DNA of 64,000 nucleotides from Thermodesulfobacteriota bacterium. Lineage in GTDB: Bacteria > Desulfobacterota > Binatia > Bin18. The DNA lies in contig OZ219926.1 in the NCBI GenBank assembly GCA_964291405.2, forward strand, positions 1,568,001 to 1,632,000. Reading direction: 5' to 3'. Position 1 is the stretch's first letter, and every line of letters begins with the position of its first letter. The notes under the pieces were generated by a model. The model did no database searches and was not told the origin of the DNA. It saw only the letters and a list, made by a program, of their open reading frames with translations. Positions 39,631 to 48,979 of the stretch are shown piece after piece. The position numbers were made by a program, and so were the translations under genes.

Positions 39631-40707
39631 ATGGCGCTCTTTGAACGCATGCAGGCAGAAGACCACGAACAGGTGGTCTTCTGCACGGACCGCAACGCTG
39701 GCCTCACCGCCCTGATTGCCATCCACGATACAACCTTAGGACCCGCTTTGGGTGGCATCCGTATGCGGGCATATGCCAGTGAGGATGACGCGGTAACCGA
39801 TGTCCTGCGCCTCTCCCAGGCCATGACCTATAAAGCCTCCCTGGCCGGTCTGGAGTATGGCGGCGGTAAGGCAGTTGTCGTTTCCCCTGAGACACCTCCC
39901 AAAAGAGAGATAGTGTTTCGTGCGCTGGGCCGCGCCATAGAGTCTTTGGCGGGCCGTTATATTCCAACCGAAGACATGGGTACGACGACCGCAGACATTG
40001 AACACGTCCGGGCAGAGAGTCGGTTCGGGGTCGGACGAGCGGAAGCATTTGGCGGAGGCGGAGACCCCTCCCCCATGACGGCCTGGGGCATCTTCTGTGG
40101 CCTGCGGGCGTGTCTTGAAGAAACGGACGGCAAGGCCGAATTCCAGGGCTTGACCGTAGCCCTGCCCGGTCTGGGGAAAGTCGGCTACTCCCTGGCCCAA
40201 TACCTCCACCAAGCCGGAGTGCGGCTGATAGTCGCGGATGTGGATGCAGCCCGGGCCGACAAAGCCCGAACCGAGCTCAGCGCCGCGATTGTCGATCCGA
40301 CCGATATTCTGACTCAGCAGTGTGACATCCTCGCCCCCTGCGCCGCGGGTGGCATTTTCAATACGGAGACGATCCCCCAACTCCAGTGCCGGATTATCGG
40401 CGGTGGGGCTAACAATCAGTTACTCACCGAGGCTGACGGGGATGCGCTTCACGCGCGCGGCATTCTGTATGCGCCGGACTTTGCGATTAACGCCGGTGGA
40501 CTGATTAACGTCGCGGACGAGTTGGGTCCCGGTGGCTATCGTCGCGAGCGGGCCAAGGCCAAAACCGAGCAGATTTACTCCACCCTGAAAACGCTTTTTG
40601 CCCAAGCCAAGCAGCGAGACGGCCCACCCCATCGTCTGGCCGTTACTCTGGCCCAGGAACGCATCCGGGCTGTGCGGAATTTGCGGCGGCTGAATACGGC
40701 GGCGTGA
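39631..40707 (+). CDS. Leu/Phe/Val dehydrogenase
   Basis: HDTTLGPALGG, MTYK, GGGKAV, GDPSPMTA and GLGKVG. Confidence 0.92.
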   Translation: MALFERMQAEDHEQVVFCTDRNAGLTALIAIHDTTLGPALGGIRMRAYASEDDAVTDVLRLSQAMTYKASLAGLEYGGGKAVVVSPETPPKREIVFRALGRAIESLAGRYIPTEDMGTTTADIEHVRAESRFGVGRAEAFGGGGDPSPMTAWGIFCGLRACLEETDGKAEFQGLTVALPGLGKVGYSLAQYLHQAGVRLIVADVDAARADKARTELSAAIVDPTDILTQQCDILAPCAAGGIFNTETIPQLQCRIIGGGANNQLLTEADGDALHARGILYAPDFAINAGGLINVADELGPGGYRRERAKAKTEQIYSTLKTLFAQAKQRDGPPHRLAVTLAQERIRAVRNLRRLNTAA

Positions 40708-40761
40708 GGGGTCGTTTCCAACCTTTCCTCGCAAATCCCTCTTTGCTATAGCCTACTTACT

Positions 40762-41835
40762 ATGAAAAGCGCTCTCTCTGCCTGGCTTGAAAGCCAGGGC
40801 GCATCGCTCACAGATGATCGCGGCGTTGAACTGCCGAACTCCTTCACCAACCCGCAAGACGAATACGCAGCCGTCTGTGAAAAGGTGGGGCTGATTGACC
40901 TGTCCTTTCGCACCCAGGTGAAATTCACGGGAGAAGATCGCAGCGATTTCCTGCAGGGCATGCTGTCCAACGATGTCAAAGCCCTGCGGCCCGGCGATGG
41001 CTGTCCAGCGACGCTGCTGACGGAGCAGGGACGGATTGTGGCGGACTTGCGTGTCTATGCCGAAGAGTCGGCAATTCTCCTCGACCTTGATACCCGTATC
41101 AAGGAGAAGACGGTTGGAGCCCTCGACCGTTTTATCATTGCCGACGATGTGGAGATCGAAGACCTGAGCGCCCATCAGGTGACCATTGCGGTCCAAGGCC
41201 CGACTGCGGCACAGGTCCTGGTGACAGCCGGTCTCTCTTCCTTGCCGGAGCGAAAATTACAGCATCGGGACACAACGATTGCAGATGTCCAGGTCCGCGT
41301 GATTCGCTCCGACCAGACCGGTAAGGGTGGCTATGAGTTCCACGTTCCCGGCGACCGGGCACCCGTCGTCTGGCAGGCCCTCGCTCAACTCGACGGGCTG
41401 CTTCCCGTCGGCCACACTGCGCTGAATATACTGCGGGTTGAGGCCGGCATTCCGTGGTATGGCCTCGATATGGACGAGGACAGAATCGTGCTGGAGGTTG
41501 GCCTCGACCAAGCCATTAGTTTTAATAAAGGCTGCTATCTGGGCCAAGAAGTCGTTGAGCGGGCTTCTGCACGCGGGCGTATGAATCGTCAACTCAGCGG
41601 GTTTCTGCTGCAAAATGAGGCGCAGGCTGCCTTGCCGACACGAGGCGACCGACTGGTGAAGGACGACAAAGAAGTCGGCTGGCTGACCAGCGTCACAACC
41701 TCCCCAACGCTGGGCCGGTCGATTGCCCTGGGCTATGTCCGGCGCGAACATGGCGAGCCGGGCACCCGGCTGCGGATTGACAGGCCGGATATGGACATGA
41801 TAGCCGAAGTGATCAAGTTACCGTTTCTACAGTAG
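40762..41835 (+). CDS. YgfZ/GcvT-family folate-binding protein
   Basis: ISFNKGCYLGQE YgfZ signature. Confidence 0.88.
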   Translation: MKSALSAWLESQGASLTDDRGVELPNSFTNPQDEYAAVCEKVGLIDLSFRTQVKFTGEDRSDFLQGMLSNDVKALRPGDGCPATLLTEQGRIVADLRVYAEESAILLDLDTRIKEKTVGALDRFIIADDVEIEDLSAHQVTIAVQGPTAAQVLVTAGLSSLPERKLQHRDTTIADVQVRVIRSDQTGKGGYEFHVPGDRAPVVWQALAQLDGLLPVGHTALNILRVEAGIPWYGLDMDEDRIVLEVGLDQAISFNKGCYLGQEVVERASARGRMNRQLSGFLLQNEAQAALPTRGDRLVKDDKEVGWLTSVTTSPTLGRSIALGYVRREHGEPGTRLRIDRPDMDMIAEVIKLPFLQ

Positions 41836-41873
41836 ATATTACTCGTAGAGGCATATCACGACAGGAGGGATCA

Positions 41874-42014
41874 ATGGCACAACTGGGTAAACGCTATATG
41901 TGTGAAGAGTGCGGGACTGAGGTACTCTGCAACAAGCCGGGCGACGGTGCACTCAACTGCTGCGATAAAGAAATGCCGCTCAAGGAAGCCAAGCCGCTTC
42001 CATCGTCTGACTGA
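41874..42014 (+). CDS. 46-aa desulforedoxin-like metalloprotein with PLPSSD tail (not in ORF track)
   Basis: AGGAGG RBS; MAQLGKRYMCEECGTEVLCNKPGDGALNCCDKEMPLKEAKPLPSSD has CxxC-x15-CC. Confidence 0.85.
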   Translation: MAQLGKRYMCEECGTEVLCNKPGDGALNCCDKEMPLKEAKPLPSSD

Positions 42015-42088
42015 TACCGGTCTGTTGCAAACTGTACACCTAACAGTGAGGAGCGAGGGAAACCTCGCTCTTTCCTTTTCCGGGGGCT

Positions 42089-43636
42089 ATGTCTTCCGCA
42101 CCCCACACGGCTGACCTGCTGCTCTATGGTGGGCATGTTCTCACCTTTGACCCAAACCGGCCTGAAGCCCAGGCCATTGCTATTGCGGCAGGAAAAATCC
42201 TCGCGATTGGCACCGAGGAGGAACTGCGCCCCTTTGTCTCGCCGAAAACACAGGCCTTACCGTGCACCGGGAGAACGGTACTTCCAGGCTTCATCGACCC
42301 TCACCTGCATCTCTTTGCCTGGACGAGCCGCTACTGCGGTGCAGACCTGAGTGCAGCCCGATCAATTGCCGAAATCCAGTCTCAACTCCAGGCACGCCTG
42401 GAGACCCTCGGCTCGCAAGACTGGCTGCGCGGCTATGGCTATGACGAATTCTTTCTCCACGAGAAACGCCCTCCGAATCGACACGACCTTGACGCCATCT
42501 CGACCGAGCAGCCTATCATCCTGCGTCATCGGACCGGCCATGCTGCCGTTCTGAATGGCGAAGCGCTCCGGCAAACCGGCATCCACGCCCAATTCACCCC
42601 TCCAAAGGGCGGAAACGTCGAACGCGACGCCAGTGGAGAACCAACGGGCGTGGTCTACGAATTGGAGTCGTTTCTACGACCTGTCATACCTCCGCTCCCG
42701 GCACAGGAATTTCAGGCCGGATTACAACAGGTCAACAACGAATTACTCAGAAACGGGGTCTGTTCGTTTCACGACGCCAGCGCCGGCAATACGCTTGAGG
42801 CTCTCGGACGCTTCGCCGCCTTACGAGCCAACGGCGTCATACGTCCCCATGCAACCGTTATGGTCGGGGCTGAGGCGTTCTCTCAGGTGCGAGAGGCTGG
42901 CCTCACCGCCTTTGACCGGTCCGGCCAAGTTCGGCTTGGCAGTATTAAAATCATGCTGCATGAAAGCGGAGGCGAGTTGTATCCCGCGCCGGACGACCTG
43001 GCTGAAATGGTCTGGCAGGTGCATCGCCACGGGTTTCAGGTCGCCATCCATGCGGTTGAAGAAGTCCCCGTCTGCGCGGCCCTCGAAGCGATTCAGCAGG
43101 CGCTAGAACGGTTGCCTCGCCACGATCATCGTCATCGGATTGAACACTGCACGCTCTGTCCTCCACCGTTTCTCGACACCCTGGCCGAGACAGGCTGTGC
43201 GGTGGTGATGCAGCCGGGCTTTCTGCATTTTTATGGCGATAAATATGCAGCAGAAGTTGATACAGATGTGCACGATTGGCTGTACCGGGCAAAAAGCCTC
43301 CGGGATCACAACATTTCCGTTGTCGGCAGCTCAGATTGTCCGATCGCCCCACAGGCCCCATTGGTGGCGATTCAGGCTGCCGTTACGCGCCAGTCCCACA
43401 CTGGAATGGTTCTCAATCCCGCCGAACGTTTGTCCTGTCTTGAAGCGCTCAGTCTTTTCACTCAAGCAGGAGCCTGGGTCGGGTTTGAGGAAGATCAGAC
43501 CGGCAGCATCAGCCCTGGTATGCGTGCGGATGTGGTTATCCTCGACGGCGACCTGACGGGGCTCCCGGCTGAAGCGCTCAGCCGGGTAAACGTCCAGACA
43601 ACAATCATTGACGGCCAGATTGTCTATTCGGCATAA
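42089..43636 (+). CDS. Amidohydrolase_3 (YtcJ-like) protein
   Basis: PGFIDPHLH, QVAIHA, RHRIEH, SSDCP and GSISPGMRAD. Confidence 0.88.
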   Translation: MSSAPHTADLLLYGGHVLTFDPNRPEAQAIAIAAGKILAIGTEEELRPFVSPKTQALPCTGRTVLPGFIDPHLHLFAWTSRYCGADLSAARSIAEIQSQLQARLETLGSQDWLRGYGYDEFFLHEKRPPNRHDLDAISTEQPIILRHRTGHAAVLNGEALRQTGIHAQFTPPKGGNVERDASGEPTGVVYELESFLRPVIPPLPAQEFQAGLQQVNNELLRNGVCSFHDASAGNTLEALGRFAALRANGVIRPHATVMVGAEAFSQVREAGLTAFDRSGQVRLGSIKIMLHESGGELYPAPDDLAEMVWQVHRHGFQVAIHAVEEVPVCAALEAIQQALERLPRHDHRHRIEHCTLCPPPFLDTLAETGCAVVMQPGFLHFYGDKYAAEVDTDVHDWLYRAKSLRDHNISVVGSSDCPIAPQAPLVAIQAAVTRQSHTGMVLNPAERLSCLEALSLFTQAGAWVGFEEDQTGSISPGMRADVVILDGDLTGLPAEALSRVNVQTTIIDGQIVYSA

Positions 43637-43700
43637 AGAGTAAACGTGTCCAGCATCTCATGCTATATTGGAGGACACGTTTACTCTTTAAAGAACATGT

Positions 43701-44420
43701 ATGCCTTCTCCCGCAGTCCTGTACGAAAAAGACGGCAGTGTCGCCGTTGTCAGCCTCAACCGGCCTGACATGCTCAACGCCTATAACGTGGAGATGCGGG
43801 ACGATTTGCACGAAATTCTTCAGGCCGTCCGGGACGACCCTGAGGTCCGGGTCATGATCCTGCGCGGCGAAGGCCCGGCCTTCTCTACCGGCGGAGATGT
43901 TTCAGAGTTCGGTTCAGCGCCCTCTCCGGTGCGGGCGCGTGAAGTGCGCTGGCAACGGGATAACTGGGGGCTGCTGTTACGGCTGCCTCAGCCGACCATT
44001 GCAGCGGTCCACGGCTATACCGTCGGCGGCGGGATGGAAATGGCGCTGCTGTGTGATTTGTGCATTGCCGCGGACGATACGGTCTTTTTTCTACCGGAAA
44101 CCGGTCTGGGCATGATCCCTGGGGTAGGCGGGACGCAGACCGCGCCCCGTGCCATCGGGCTAGGGCGCGCCCTAGACATGGTATTCACCGGAAAGCGACT
44201 GAAGGCCGACCAAGCCCTCCAGATTGGCCTGGTAAATCAGGTGGTTCCCTTGGCTACCCTCTTGACTGAGGCCAAATCTCTGGCATACACACTGTCCCGT
44301 TGTAATCCAACAGTTGTAAGGCTGGCAAAACGGGCCGTCCGACAGGGCGCTGACCTAAATTTATCCGATGGCTTACGACTGGAACAAAATCTATTTGCAC
44401 TGGTAAAGGAGCAGGCATGA
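43701..44420 (+). CDS. Enoyl-CoA hydratase/isomerase family protein
   Basis: SLNRP, FSTGGD, GGGMEMALLCD and LPETGLG. Confidence 0.9.
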   Translation: MPSPAVLYEKDGSVAVVSLNRPDMLNAYNVEMRDDLHEILQAVRDDPEVRVMILRGEGPAFSTGGDVSEFGSAPSPVRAREVRWQRDNWGLLLRLPQPTIAAVHGYTVGGGMEMALLCDLCIAADDTVFFLPETGLGMIPGVGGTQTAPRAIGLGRALDMVFTGKRLKADQALQIGLVNQVVPLATLLTEAKSLAYTLSRCNPTVVRLAKRAVRQGADLNLSDGLRLEQNLFALVKEQA

Positions 44421-45970
44421 ATACGTCACAGTTCATCGGTATTCCGGGCATGATGTTTCCGGACCAAGAGGTCCTGGCTTTCGAAGGTAACCGGTTGACC
44501 TATGGAACACTGCTGGATCGGGTCAAACGGCTGGCCAGCAGTTTGCGCGACCAAGGAATTCAGGCGGGTGATCGTGTGGCGATCTTGCAGACAAACTGCA
44601 ATCAGTACATCGAGGCCTATTATGCCACAGCGATGCTGGGTGCGACTTTTGTGCCGCTGAACTATCGGGCCAAGCCCCCGGAATTGGAATATATGATTAC
44701 CGCGGCGGAGACCAAGCTGCTGTTTGTGGGCGATCGCTATATCGACCTGGTCAATAGCCTCAAGCCCAATCTCGACTGCGTGGAAAAATATGTCACGATC
44801 GAAACGCGGCGTGACGATATGCTGCACTACGACGACTTTATTGAGCAGGGCTCGCCGGACATCGAAGAGGCAGAAGTCGATGAGGGCGACCTGTCCATCC
44901 TAATGTATACCAGTGGCACGACGTCTTTGCCCAAGGGTGTGATGCTGACCTACGGCGGATTCACCAACTACGTCATCGGCACCGTCGAGATGGCGGACGG
45001 GACCCCGCGCGGCACCTCGCTGCTGTGCGCGCCGCTCTATCATATTGCCGGCACGATGAACATCATGACCGCGCTGTGGAACGGCCGAAAGATCGCCATC
45101 CTGCGTCAGTTCGATACCAAGGAGTGGCTGGCGGCCGTTCAGAACGAGCAAGTGACGCACGCCTTTGTCGTGCCCACGATGATGAAACAGCTCATCGATC
45201 ACCCCGAGTTCTCGAACTATGATCTATCGAGTTTGCAGAACGTCTCCTATGGCGGCGCTCCCATGGCCTTTCCCGTCATTCGCAAGGCCATTGATATGTT
45301 CCCGGACTCGACCGGTTTTGTGAATGCCTTTGGCCAGACCGAAACAAATTCGACCCTGACCGTCCTCGGACCGGACGACCATAAGCTGAACGGCACGCCG
45401 GAAGAAGTCGAGCGCAACCTGAAGCGTCTGACCTCGGTCGGCAAACCCCTGCCCGACGTGGAAGTCCAGGTTCTTGATGACGATAATAAAGAGATGCCGG
45501 CCAATGAGATCGGCGAGGTAGTCATTCGCACCCCGCGCGTGATGAAGGGCTACGCCAATCAGGAAAGCGCGACCGCCGCCTTGTTGGATGAAAACGGCTG
45601 GCTGCATACTCGCGACATGGGTTATATCGACGAAGACGGCTATGTCTATCTGGTTGGCCGCAAGGACGACATCATCATTCGTGGCGGTGAAAACATTGCA
45701 CCGGCTGAAATCGAAGCGGTCCTGCACGCCCATCCGGCAGTCGACGAGGCGGCCATTATCGGTGTGCCTGACGTCGATTGGGGACAAAAGATCGTGGCCT
45801 TTGTCGCCCTCAAGCCAGGCCAGACAGCTACCGCGGACGAAGTTGGCGACTTCTGTAAGGAACGGCTGGCCAGCTTCAAGAAACCAGGGGAGATCAATTT
45901 CCTGGACGAGTTGCCGAAGAACCCGTTAGGCAAAGTCCTCAAGAAAGAGCTGAAAGCGCAGTACGAATAG
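44417..45970 (+). CDS. Adenylate-forming (acyl-CoA ligase family) enzyme
   Basis: MYTSGTTSLPKG, AFGQTE, GRKDDIIIRGGENIAP and PKNPLGK. Confidence 0.92.
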   Translation: MNTSQFIGIPGMMFPDQEVLAFEGNRLTYGTLLDRVKRLASSLRDQGIQAGDRVAILQTNCNQYIEAYYATAMLGATFVPLNYRAKPPELEYMITAAETKLLFVGDRYIDLVNSLKPNLDCVEKYVTIETRRDDMLHYDDFIEQGSPDIEEAEVDEGDLSILMYTSGTTSLPKGVMLTYGGFTNYVIGTVEMADGTPRGTSLLCAPLYHIAGTMNIMTALWNGRKIAILRQFDTKEWLAAVQNEQVTHAFVVPTMMKQLIDHPEFSNYDLSSLQNVSYGGAPMAFPVIRKAIDMFPDSTGFVNAFGQTETNSTLTVLGPDDHKLNGTPEEVERNLKRLTSVGKPLPDVEVQVLDDDNKEMPANEIGEVVIRTPRVMKGYANQESATAALLDENGWLHTRDMGYIDEDGYVYLVGRKDDIIIRGGENIAPAEIEAVLHAHPAVDEAAIIGVPDVDWGQKIVAFVALKPGQTATADEVGDFCKERLASFKKPGEINFLDELPKNPLGKVLKKELKAQYE

Positions 45971-45975
45971 TAAGC

Positions 45976-46000
45976 AGGGGCGTCCTTTTGGACGCCCTTT
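45976..46000 (+). terminator. Intra-operon hairpin
   Basis: GGGCGTCC-TTTT-GGACGCCC followed by TTT. Confidence 0.5.
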
Positions 46001-46010
46001 CTGTTAAGGT

Positions 46011-46778
46011 TTGGGTGTGTCCGATCTGGTGTATGAGATTCAAGGGAAAGTGGCTTGGCTGCGCTTGTCGTGTCCGGGTCAGGGCAATCGGCTCACGCCC
46101 AGGATGGATCAGGAGATAGCATCCGTCTGCCAGGCCATCGAGGAGGCCGAGCCGGTCGAAATCGCTGTCCTGACCGGCTCGGTCCACAGCTTTTGTGAGG
46201 GCCTGACACAAACGGCCAACACCGCGCAGAGAATTCGGGAGCAGTTCGGTTCCATCCAGTGCGTCGAGGCGCTTGCGGCCATCACAAAACCGACGCTGGC
46301 GGTTCTCAATGGCAACGCGTTCGGACTCGGGCTGGAGTTGGCCCTCGCCTGCGACCTCCGTCTGGCCGTTTCGACGGCCCGGTTCAGCCTCCCCCAGGTT
46401 ACCGAGCAGATGATTCCTTTTGGCGGAGGGACGCAGCGCCTGCCGCGTGTAGTCGGACAGGCCAAGGCGTTGGAGATCATCCTCACCGGCAAACAGCTTG
46501 ACGCCGCTGAGGCGTATCGCATCGGACTGGTCAACGAAGTGATTGCCGCGGACGATCTTTTGACCCGTGTTGACGAGGTCCTGTCCGGTCTGTTAGGGAA
46601 AGGCCCTGTCGCTTTACGACTCGGTAAAGAGGCGGTATACAAAGCAATGGACCTGACGCTCGACCAGGGGGTGCGGTTGGAAGAAGACTTGTATGCCCTT
46701 CTCCAGACAACCCAGGATCGGGCCGAGGGCGTGGAATCTTTCTTAGCCAAGCGGAAACCTCGATTTACCGGACGCTAA
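46011..46778 (+). CDS. Enoyl-CoA hydratase/isomerase family protein (divergent)
   Basis: GLGLELALACD, GGTQRLPR and DRAEGVESFLAKRKPRFTG; start uncertain (46011 or 46017). Confidence 0.85.
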   Translation: MGVSDLVYEIQGKVAWLRLSCPGQGNRLTPRMDQEIASVCQAIEEAEPVEIAVLTGSVHSFCEGLTQTANTAQRIREQFGSIQCVEALAAITKPTLAVLNGNAFGLGLELALACDLRLAVSTARFSLPQVTEQMIPFGGGTQRLPRVVGQAKALEIILTGKQLDAAEAYRIGLVNEVIAADDLLTRVDEVLSGLLGKGPVALRLGKEAVYKAMDLTLDQGVRLEEDLYALLQTTQDRAEGVESFLAKRKPRFTGR

Positions 46779-46800
46779 GAGAAAAACAGGAGGCAACAGT

Positions 46801-46917
46801 ATGGCAACCCAACTCGGGAAAATGTATCTGTGTGGAAGCTGCGGTGTGCAGGTCATCGTGACCAAAGGTGGCGATGGCTCGCTCAAGTGCTGCGGAGCCG
46901 AGATGCAGAAAAAATAG
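46801..46917 (+). CDS. 38-aa desulforedoxin-like metalloprotein (not in ORF track)
   Basis: AGGAGG RBS; MATQLGKMYLCGSCGVQVIVTKGGDGSLKCCGAEMQKK has CxxC-x15-CC. Confidence 0.85.
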   Translation: MATQLGKMYLCGSCGVQVIVTKGGDGSLKCCGAEMQKK

Positions 46918-46978
46918 TCTCTCGTGTGTAGCTCTCAGGGAGAGCAAAGGACAGGGAGCACGATTGCACTCTCGATAC

Positions 46979-47008
46979 AGGGCACCGCTTGCAGGGTGCC
47001 CTTTTTTT
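46979..47008 (+). terminator. Intrinsic terminator ending the operon
   Basis: AGGGCACC ... GGTGCCCT followed by TTTTTT. Confidence 0.75.
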
Positions 47009-47133
47009 ATCACGACGCCCAGAAGCGACCTTGCAAGACCGCTAGACACTCAGATAGCATGGCCTGCACTGCTCAGGGTCATGACAAATAACCGCTCGCA
47101 TGAATCCCGAGTGAAGCGTGGAGGTTGACAGCC

Positions 47134-47430
47134 ATGCCGGCCCCTATTTCCGCCGATGAAATACAGTCCCGCATTGTCGCGGCCCTACCTGACGCGCAGG
47201 TGCACATTCGCGATTACACTGGTGGTGGGGATCACTACGAAGCCGTTGTCGTGTCCGCGGCGTTCGACGGCAAGAATGCCGTCGCCCGGCACCGCCTGGT
47301 GTATGGCGCCCTCCAGGAGGCTATGGTTGAACGCATTCATGCCTTAGCCCTCAAGACTATGACCCCACAAGAATTTGAGGCCGATACCCGGCAGTCCGGC
47401 CTGGTGAATATCGAAACGCACAAATCATAA
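47134..47430 (+). CDS. BolA family protein
   Basis: GGGDHY, RHRLVY and IHALALKT. Confidence 0.9.
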   Translation: MPAPISADEIQSRIVAALPDAQVHIRDYTGGGDHYEAVVVSAAFDGKNAVARHRLVYGALQEAMVERIHALALKTMTPQEFEADTRQSGLVNIETHKS

Positions 47431-47455
47431 GCTACGAACCCACGAGGAGGAAAAA

Positions 47456-47779
47456 ATGGCAGACGGCGTACAAGCGCATATTGACGAGACCGTGAAGAAC
47501 AACAAAGTCCTCATCTATATGAAGGGCAATCGCACCTTCCCGATGTGCGGCTTCTCAGCCGCAACCATTCAGATTTTCGACTCTTTGGGTATGCCGTACG
47601 AGACCGTCGACGTATTGCAGGACCCTGCCGTACGCGACGGCATCAAGCGCTATTCAAACTGGCCGACCATTCCGCAGGTGTATGTGAACGGCGAATTTAT
47701 CGGTGGCTGCGACATCATCCAGGAAATGCACAGCCGCGGCGAGCTTGAGCCCATCGTGCGGGCTGCCCTCGAAGGCTAA
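47456..47779 (+). CDS. grxD: Monothiol glutaredoxin Grx4
   Basis: PMCGFS and WPTIPQVYVNGEFIGGCD. Confidence 0.95.
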   Translation: MADGVQAHIDETVKNNKVLIYMKGNRTFPMCGFSAATIQIFDSLGMPYETVDVLQDPAVRDGIKRYSNWPTIPQVYVNGEFIGGCDIIQEMHSRGELEPIVRAALEG

Positions 47780-47826
47780 GCCAAAAACCTCTCCTGGCGG
47801 TATATGCCGCCAGGGGGGAAAACGCA

Positions 47827-48033
47827 ATGCGCTACAAGATTGCCCTGTACCAGTCTGAAGAAGGCTATAGCGTTTCCTGCCCTGGTCTCCCGGGTTGCTG
47901 GTCGCAAGGCGCAACCGAAGCGGAGGCCCTGGAGAATATTCAGGATGCCATCAGAGAATATCTCACCGCTGTCGAAGAGTTACTTCAGGACACGCCCAAC
48001 ACCGAAGTACGAGAAGTAGACATTGCCGTGTAA
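47827..48033 (+). CDS. hicB: HicB-like antitoxin (short form)
   Basis: YSVSCPGLPGCWSQGATEAEALENIQDAIREYL. Confidence 0.88.
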   Translation: MRYKIALYQSEEGYSVSCPGLPGCWSQGATEAEALENIQDAIREYLTAVEELLQDTPNTEVREVDIAV

Positions 48034-48035
48034 CG

Positions 48036-48248
48036 ATGCCAAAGCTGTCTGGGGTCAACCATCAGCAGGCCATCCGCGCGTTGGAGAAGTCTGGTTTTCG
48101 TATCATTCGCCAAGGGAATCACGTCGTGATGTCAGACGGCGTCCGCATTCTCACTATCCCACGACATAATCCTGTCCATGCCATTACCATGGGCGGTATC
48201 GTACGGGACGCGGGGTTCACCGTTGAAGAGTTCCGAAGATTATTGTAA
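48036..48248 (+). CDS. hicA: HicA-like mRNA interferase toxin
   Basis: ALEKSGFRIIRQGNHVVM...TIPRH. Confidence 0.88.
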   Translation: MPKLSGVNHQQAIRALEKSGFRIIRQGNHVVMSDGVRILTIPRHNPVHAITMGGIVRDAGFTVEEFRRLL

Positions 48249-48293
48249 GGCGCGTCCAAAAGCTGTCGATCCGAAAATAGAGGAGACCGTGGC

Positions 48294-48899
48294 ATGCTTC
48301 TGTCGAACATTCCTGAACTTCGTAATTATCCGAAAGTCTTAGATTTCGTTGAAAACCATCTTTCGATGCAATTCGGGGATATCCGCTCCATGCTGCGGCT
48401 TCCGCTTCCAAGGCTTAGCATAGATAATGGCTGCAATTTCGCCGTAGCGGCGGTCCTATGTAACCTTGTCAGCGGGATTTCGGTGACGATCTTCATGCCC
48501 ACGAACTCTACTCGGATAAATCGTAAAGGAAACAAAATATGGATTGGTCCAGGCGAGGCTTTCAAAAAATTACTCGAAAATTACTACCCTTGGGAGTCGG
48601 GAGATAACCCAACGGACGGAGCCAAAGCCTTGTATGACTTGTTCCGAAACCCTCTTGCCCATGCGCTTGGAGTCCACAGCAAGTCTTCTTATCAAATTCA
48701 CATTAGGAAGAACCCTCTCCAAAACTGGTTAAGTCCGGGTATTTCCGGGTCTGGAATAAAATGGGAGGTTGTTGCTGAAGGCTTTTACAGAGACGTATTT
48801 CATATGTTCTGGAATCTGACCAAAGATAATCAGCAGATGACGGATGCAGAGCAAAGATTTTCAAATAGGAATATCATGTGGAGGGAAGGAAAACCCTAA
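48294..48899 (+). CDS. Hypothetical protein with HEPN-like RxxxxH motif
   Basis: GAGGAG RBS; helical pattern with LYDLFRNPLAH. Confidence 0.6.
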   Translation: MLLSNIPELRNYPKVLDFVENHLSMQFGDIRSMLRLPLPRLSIDNGCNFAVAAVLCNLVSGISVTIFMPTNSTRINRKGNKIWIGPGEAFKKLLENYYPWESGDNPTDGAKALYDLFRNPLAHALGVHSKSSYQIHIRKNPLQNWLSPGISGSGIKWEVVAEGFYRDVFHMFWNLTKDNQQMTDAEQRFSNRNIMWREGKP

Positions 48900-48979
48900 G
48901 TTGTAGGGATAAAAAGGAAACCTGGGACATCTCTGAGCGAGAGCACGATTCAGATTGCGGACTAACAGGTAGATACACA

